The notes under the pieces: generated by a model
Databases searched by the model: none
Seen by the model: the letters and a program-made list of their open reading frames with translations, nothing else
What the model was told of the DNA's origin: nothing
Made by a program: the position numbers and the translations under genes
In this document: positions 26,730-28,798 of the stretch, one piece after another
Numbering within the stretch: the stretch's first letter is position 1
How the letters are laid out: every line of letters begins with the position of its first letter
DNA from: a virus
Taxonomy: Duplodnaviria > Caudoviricetes
IMG/VR virus record: IMGVR_UViG_3300022666_000118
Location: 1-28,798 of that record
DNA: 28,798 nucleotides
Direction: 5' to 3' (one strand)

Positions 26730-26972
26730 TCAATGTTCTGGGGTCTCTTCGTGCGGCACGCCGTACAGGCTGCGCACCATTGCCTGCTGGCCGCCCGCCA
26801 GCCAGGCCGCATACTGTCCGCTGTTCCGGCTCAGTTTCCCGGCCAACTGCCGGCGAGCCTCTTCGATGTCGCCCGCCAGCGCCGATACCACCGGCAGGAT
26901 CGGGCGATCATTGATCGCTGCAATCCAGATGCGGCGGGTGGGGTAGCTGGCGGGGGGTTGGTAGGCGGTCAT
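26730..26972 (-). CDS. Hypothetical protein, first gene of the leftward early transcript
   Basis: 80 aa starting about 55 nt after a strong promoter; no clear RBS. Confidence 0.55.
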   Translation of the reverse strand: MTAYQPPASYPTRRIWIAAINDRPILPVVSALAGDIEEARRQLAGKLSRNSGQYAAWLAGGQQAMVRSLYGVPHEETPEH

Positions 26973-27026
26973 TTTTCGAATCGCAAATCGTATACTTGAA
27001 AAGGTATCTTTTTATAACTACCAAAT

Positions 27027-27055
27027 ATGATACAACTTTATCGCGCGCTTGTCAA
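27027..27055 (-). promoter_or_regulatory. Strong early promoter
   Basis: TTGACA-N17-TATCAT. Confidence 0.85.
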
Positions 27056-27079
27056 TAATATTCGATAGCAAAAATAGGA

Positions 27080-27107
27080 TTGATTTTTGGTATAAAGCGT
27101 GTATACT
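27080..27107 (+). promoter_or_regulatory. Repressor promoter (divergent)
   Basis: TTGATT-N16-TATACT; ATG 7 nt downstream suggests a leaderless mRNA. Confidence 0.65.
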
Positions 27108-27114
27108 TATATGC

Positions 27115-27396
27115 ATGAGTGAACAAACAGCTTATGACATCATGAATCCCAATCAACTGGAGGTGAAAGTGGGCGCGCTGGTTTCTCGTGTGCCCGAACT
27201 CCTGGCAGCACGTGGTTGGAGCGCACTGGATTTAGTACGCAGAGGATTGACGTACAATACAGCCTATCGCATTGCACGGGGGGATACTGATGTGACAGCG
27301 AAAACGCTGTGCCAGCTCGTTGATATTTTCGAGCTAGAGTCAATCAGCCAGGTATTAGTTTACTTGCGCGACAACAAGCAGGAGACGGGTAAATAA
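27115..27396 (+). CDS. XRE/Cro-C1-type HTH regulator, probable repressor
   Basis: ELLAARGWSALDLVRRGLTYNTAYRIARG.TDV...TL..L..IF; divergent from the lytic genes; alternative GTG start at 27169 region; no peptidase domain. Confidence 0.85.
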   Translation: MSEQTAYDIMNPNQLEVKVGALVSRVPELLAARGWSALDLVRRGLTYNTAYRIARGDTDVTAKTLCQLVDIFELESISQVLVYLRDNKQETGK

Positions 27397-27439
27397 CGAG
27401 AAACCCCCAGCGCCTAATGCACTAGGGGTTCGTCGTTTT
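27395..27439 (+). terminator. Imperfect hairpin terminator after the HTH gene
   Basis: AACGAGAAACCCC...GGGGTTCGTCGTT followed by TTG. Confidence 0.55.
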
Positions 27440-27547
27440 GCTGCTATGCGAGCTATCGTATCAACCGTCCGGCCAGCTTGCCGGCAACGCCGGGCGGAAT
27501 CTACCAACAGAAGGAGGTATGTCTTAATGCCCTGGCGGGCATCTTTA

Positions 27548-27715
27548 TCAGGGCCTCTTCGGCGGGGGCGGCGTTCCGTCCCAGGTGCGAATCGAAGTCC
27601 TGTCCGGCCCACGGGTCGGGGGCGGCGTTTGCGGTTGTGGCTTTGGCGCAGGCTGCTGCGGTTGCGATGATGGTTTCGATTTAGTCTTCAAGGTGCACTC
27701 ACTCATCTGTCTCAT
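27548..27715 (-). CDS. Small Pro/Gln-rich peptide
   Basis: 55 aa KPSSQPQQPAPKPQPQTPPPTRGPD...GTPPPPKRP; GAGG RBS. Confidence 0.45.
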   Translation of the reverse strand: MRQMSECTLKTKSKPSSQPQQPAPKPQPQTPPPTRGPDRTSIRTWDGTPPPPKRP

Positions 27716-27726
27716 AGGAGTTCCTC

Positions 27727-28227
27727 GTGAATAATCCATCCAGACCCAATCAAGACGATGTGCTCGCCGCCATGCATGCGGCGGTGGATGAGGGCCGCCG
27801 TTTCCTGGACGAATCTGACCACAGCATGAACGCCTTGCGCGATATGGCAAAAACTTTGTTCATCACTGCCTGTACGGTCATTCCGGCCATCATTACGCTT
27901 CGCCAATCCGTATTCTTAATGTCCTATCAACCAATCCCGCAGATTGCCGGGTATACCAGGGTCGCGTTGCTGATTGTATTTGCCATCTTCGCCTACTGCT
28001 GCATTCGGGCCTACTTCCCGGAGAACTGGCACCTGCCATTCGACCGTGACCAGAAGACCATCATCGACGCCCTGTACCGGCCAGAAGAAGAAATGCTTGT
28101 AATGCTGCTCGCCGCCTACATTGAGGCTGTCAAAAACAATGAACCGATCATCGTCCGGCGCACACGCTACGTGCGCATTGCAATGGCCGCGCTGGCCGTT
28201 GCAATATCAATTTTGCTGATTCCGTAG
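27727..28227 (+). CDS. 3-TM membrane protein, Pycsar-effector (DUF5706)-like topology
   Basis: AGGAG RBS; helix + 2 TM + P + helix N..I..RR..V + TM. Confidence 0.65.
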   Translation: MNNPSRPNQDDVLAAMHAAVDEGRRFLDESDHSMNALRDMAKTLFITACTVIPAIITLRQSVFLMSYQPIPQIAGYTRVALLIVFAIFAYCCIRAYFPENWHLPFDRDQKTIIDALYRPEEEMLVMLLAAYIEAVKNNEPIIVRRTRYVRIAMAALAVAISILLIP

Positions 28228-28234
28228 AGGAGCA

Positions 28235-28387
28235 ATGAAAAAGGTTATCGCCATCTGTTTCACAATCTTGTTCGCCTGTGCATCCATTGCGCTGTGCTGT
28301 GGCTTCATCCTGTCGAAAAAGCACGTCATGGAAACCTATTCGAACGGCGACACTGGGTTACTGACCAGGATCGCGTCAGCGTTATAG
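28235..28387 (+). CDS. Small single-TM peptide (50 aa)
   Basis: MKKVIAICFTILFACASIALCCGFILSKK...; GAGGAG close upstream; not in the ORF track. Confidence 0.5.
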   Translation: MKKVIAICFTILFACASIALCCGFILSKKHVMETYSNGDTGLLTRIASAL

Positions 28388-28393
28388 TTCAGT

Positions 28394-28612
28394 TCAGTGA
28401 TCCTTGCTTCCGTCGCCGGAATATAACCGTACAGGCTTAGCTTTTTGAGCATTCTGCAAATCGGCAATGAACTTGTAGCACTTCTCGAACTCTTCTAGAA
28501 AATTACCACCAGAGAAATCAATATCACTGGCATACTGAAAAGCGATGAACAGCCTCGCAACTTCAGGGTCATCGGTTGATGGGAAATTTTGAGAAGGGGA
28601 AGAGATTGGCAT
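28394..28612 (-). CDS. Small hypothetical protein (72 aa)
   Basis: ATG after AAGGTG; AT-rich; VARLFIAFQYA...FLEEFEKCYKFI. Confidence 0.55.
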   Translation of the reverse strand: MPISSPSQNFPSTDDPEVARLFIAFQYASDIDFSGGNFLEEFEKCYKFIADLQNAQKAKPVRLYSGDGSKDH

Positions 28613-28622
28613 AAGCACCTTA

Positions 28623-28646
28623 AAATCTTAATACAAATCTTAATAC
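28623..28646. repeat. Perfect 12-bp tandem repeat AAATCTTAATAC x2
   Basis: 28623-28634 and 28635-28646. Confidence 0.85.
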
Positions 28647-28678
28647 CGTAACGGCATTCATCATAAGCAAGGTAAAAA

Positions 28679-28722
28679 GGTGAGCGCGGAGGGGATCGAA
28701 CACTCAACCAATGGCTTAAAAG
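28679..28722 (-). other. 3' half of tRNA-Lys(UUU): attachment (att) site candidate
   Basis: CTTTTAA-GCCAT-TGGTT-GAGTG-TTCGATC-CCCTC-CGCGCTC-ACC; tRNA-likeness breaks down 5' of the anticodon loop. Confidence 0.8.
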
Positions 28723-28798
28723 CCGGGCCGACCGCCCCCACGCTCAAAATGTGAACCTTAGCTGCGCTTTATGATCCTGTAATAAATCACACGCCTAC

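Larger units (their letters stand above)
1..28798. mobile_element. Temperate siphovirus (HK97-like head, long non-contractile tail), partial genome
   Basis: Canonical co-oriented TerS-TerL-portal-MuF-protease/capsid-connectors-tube-chaperone-TMP-tail tip genes, plus repressor and tRNA-derived att-like site. Confidence 0.97.

Noticed and set aside
26985-27110. Defined repressor operator repeats
   Set aside because: Loose (G/T)ATA-N6-10-TAT(C/A) symmetries exist, but spacing is inconsistent and no consensus can be supported
27511-27670. Plus-strand peptide from AAGGAGGT
   Set aside because: Nearest ATG gives M-S-stop; the next gives an Arg/Gly-rich antisense-looking sequence
28679-28745. Intact tRNA-Lys gene
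   Set aside because: 5' half about 8 nt too short, anticodon stem cannot form 5 bp, no canonical D loop

Overview
The whole window is a temperate siphovirus genome segment of HK97 type, with almost every gene on the minus strand. Read right to left it contains: an att-like 3' half of tRNA-Lys(UUU); a small accessory region; an XRE HTH repressor with divergent sigma70 promoters; an early operon (structured non-coding region, tRNA-Ala(UGC), Zn-finger ORFs, a Gp3/RDF-like protein, an SH3-like lipoprotein, a 660-aa ParB-family protein); a 67-aa small protein followed by a late promoter and terminator; three membrane (holin-like) genes; TerS; TerL (one-base frameshift); portal; MuF with a C-terminal toxin-like extension and a candidate immunity gene; a second promoter-leader-terminator cassette; a protease-capsid fusion; head-tail connectors; tail tube; G/GT chaperones with a -1 frameshift; tape measure; and tail tip/fibre genes. 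Two things stand out. (1) Five copies of a variant parS-like palindrome (TGTTTCGATCGAAACA) sit inside coding sequences around and within the ParB gene, and no ParA is visible. (2) A lambda Q/pR'/tR'-like late-control layout has a 67-aa DUF2292-like protein in the Q position, behind a LexA-like box. A Chloroflexota-like host is my impression only and is not established. No integrase, endolysin or recognisable replication gene is seen in the window. All family assignments come from motif recognition, not database searches.
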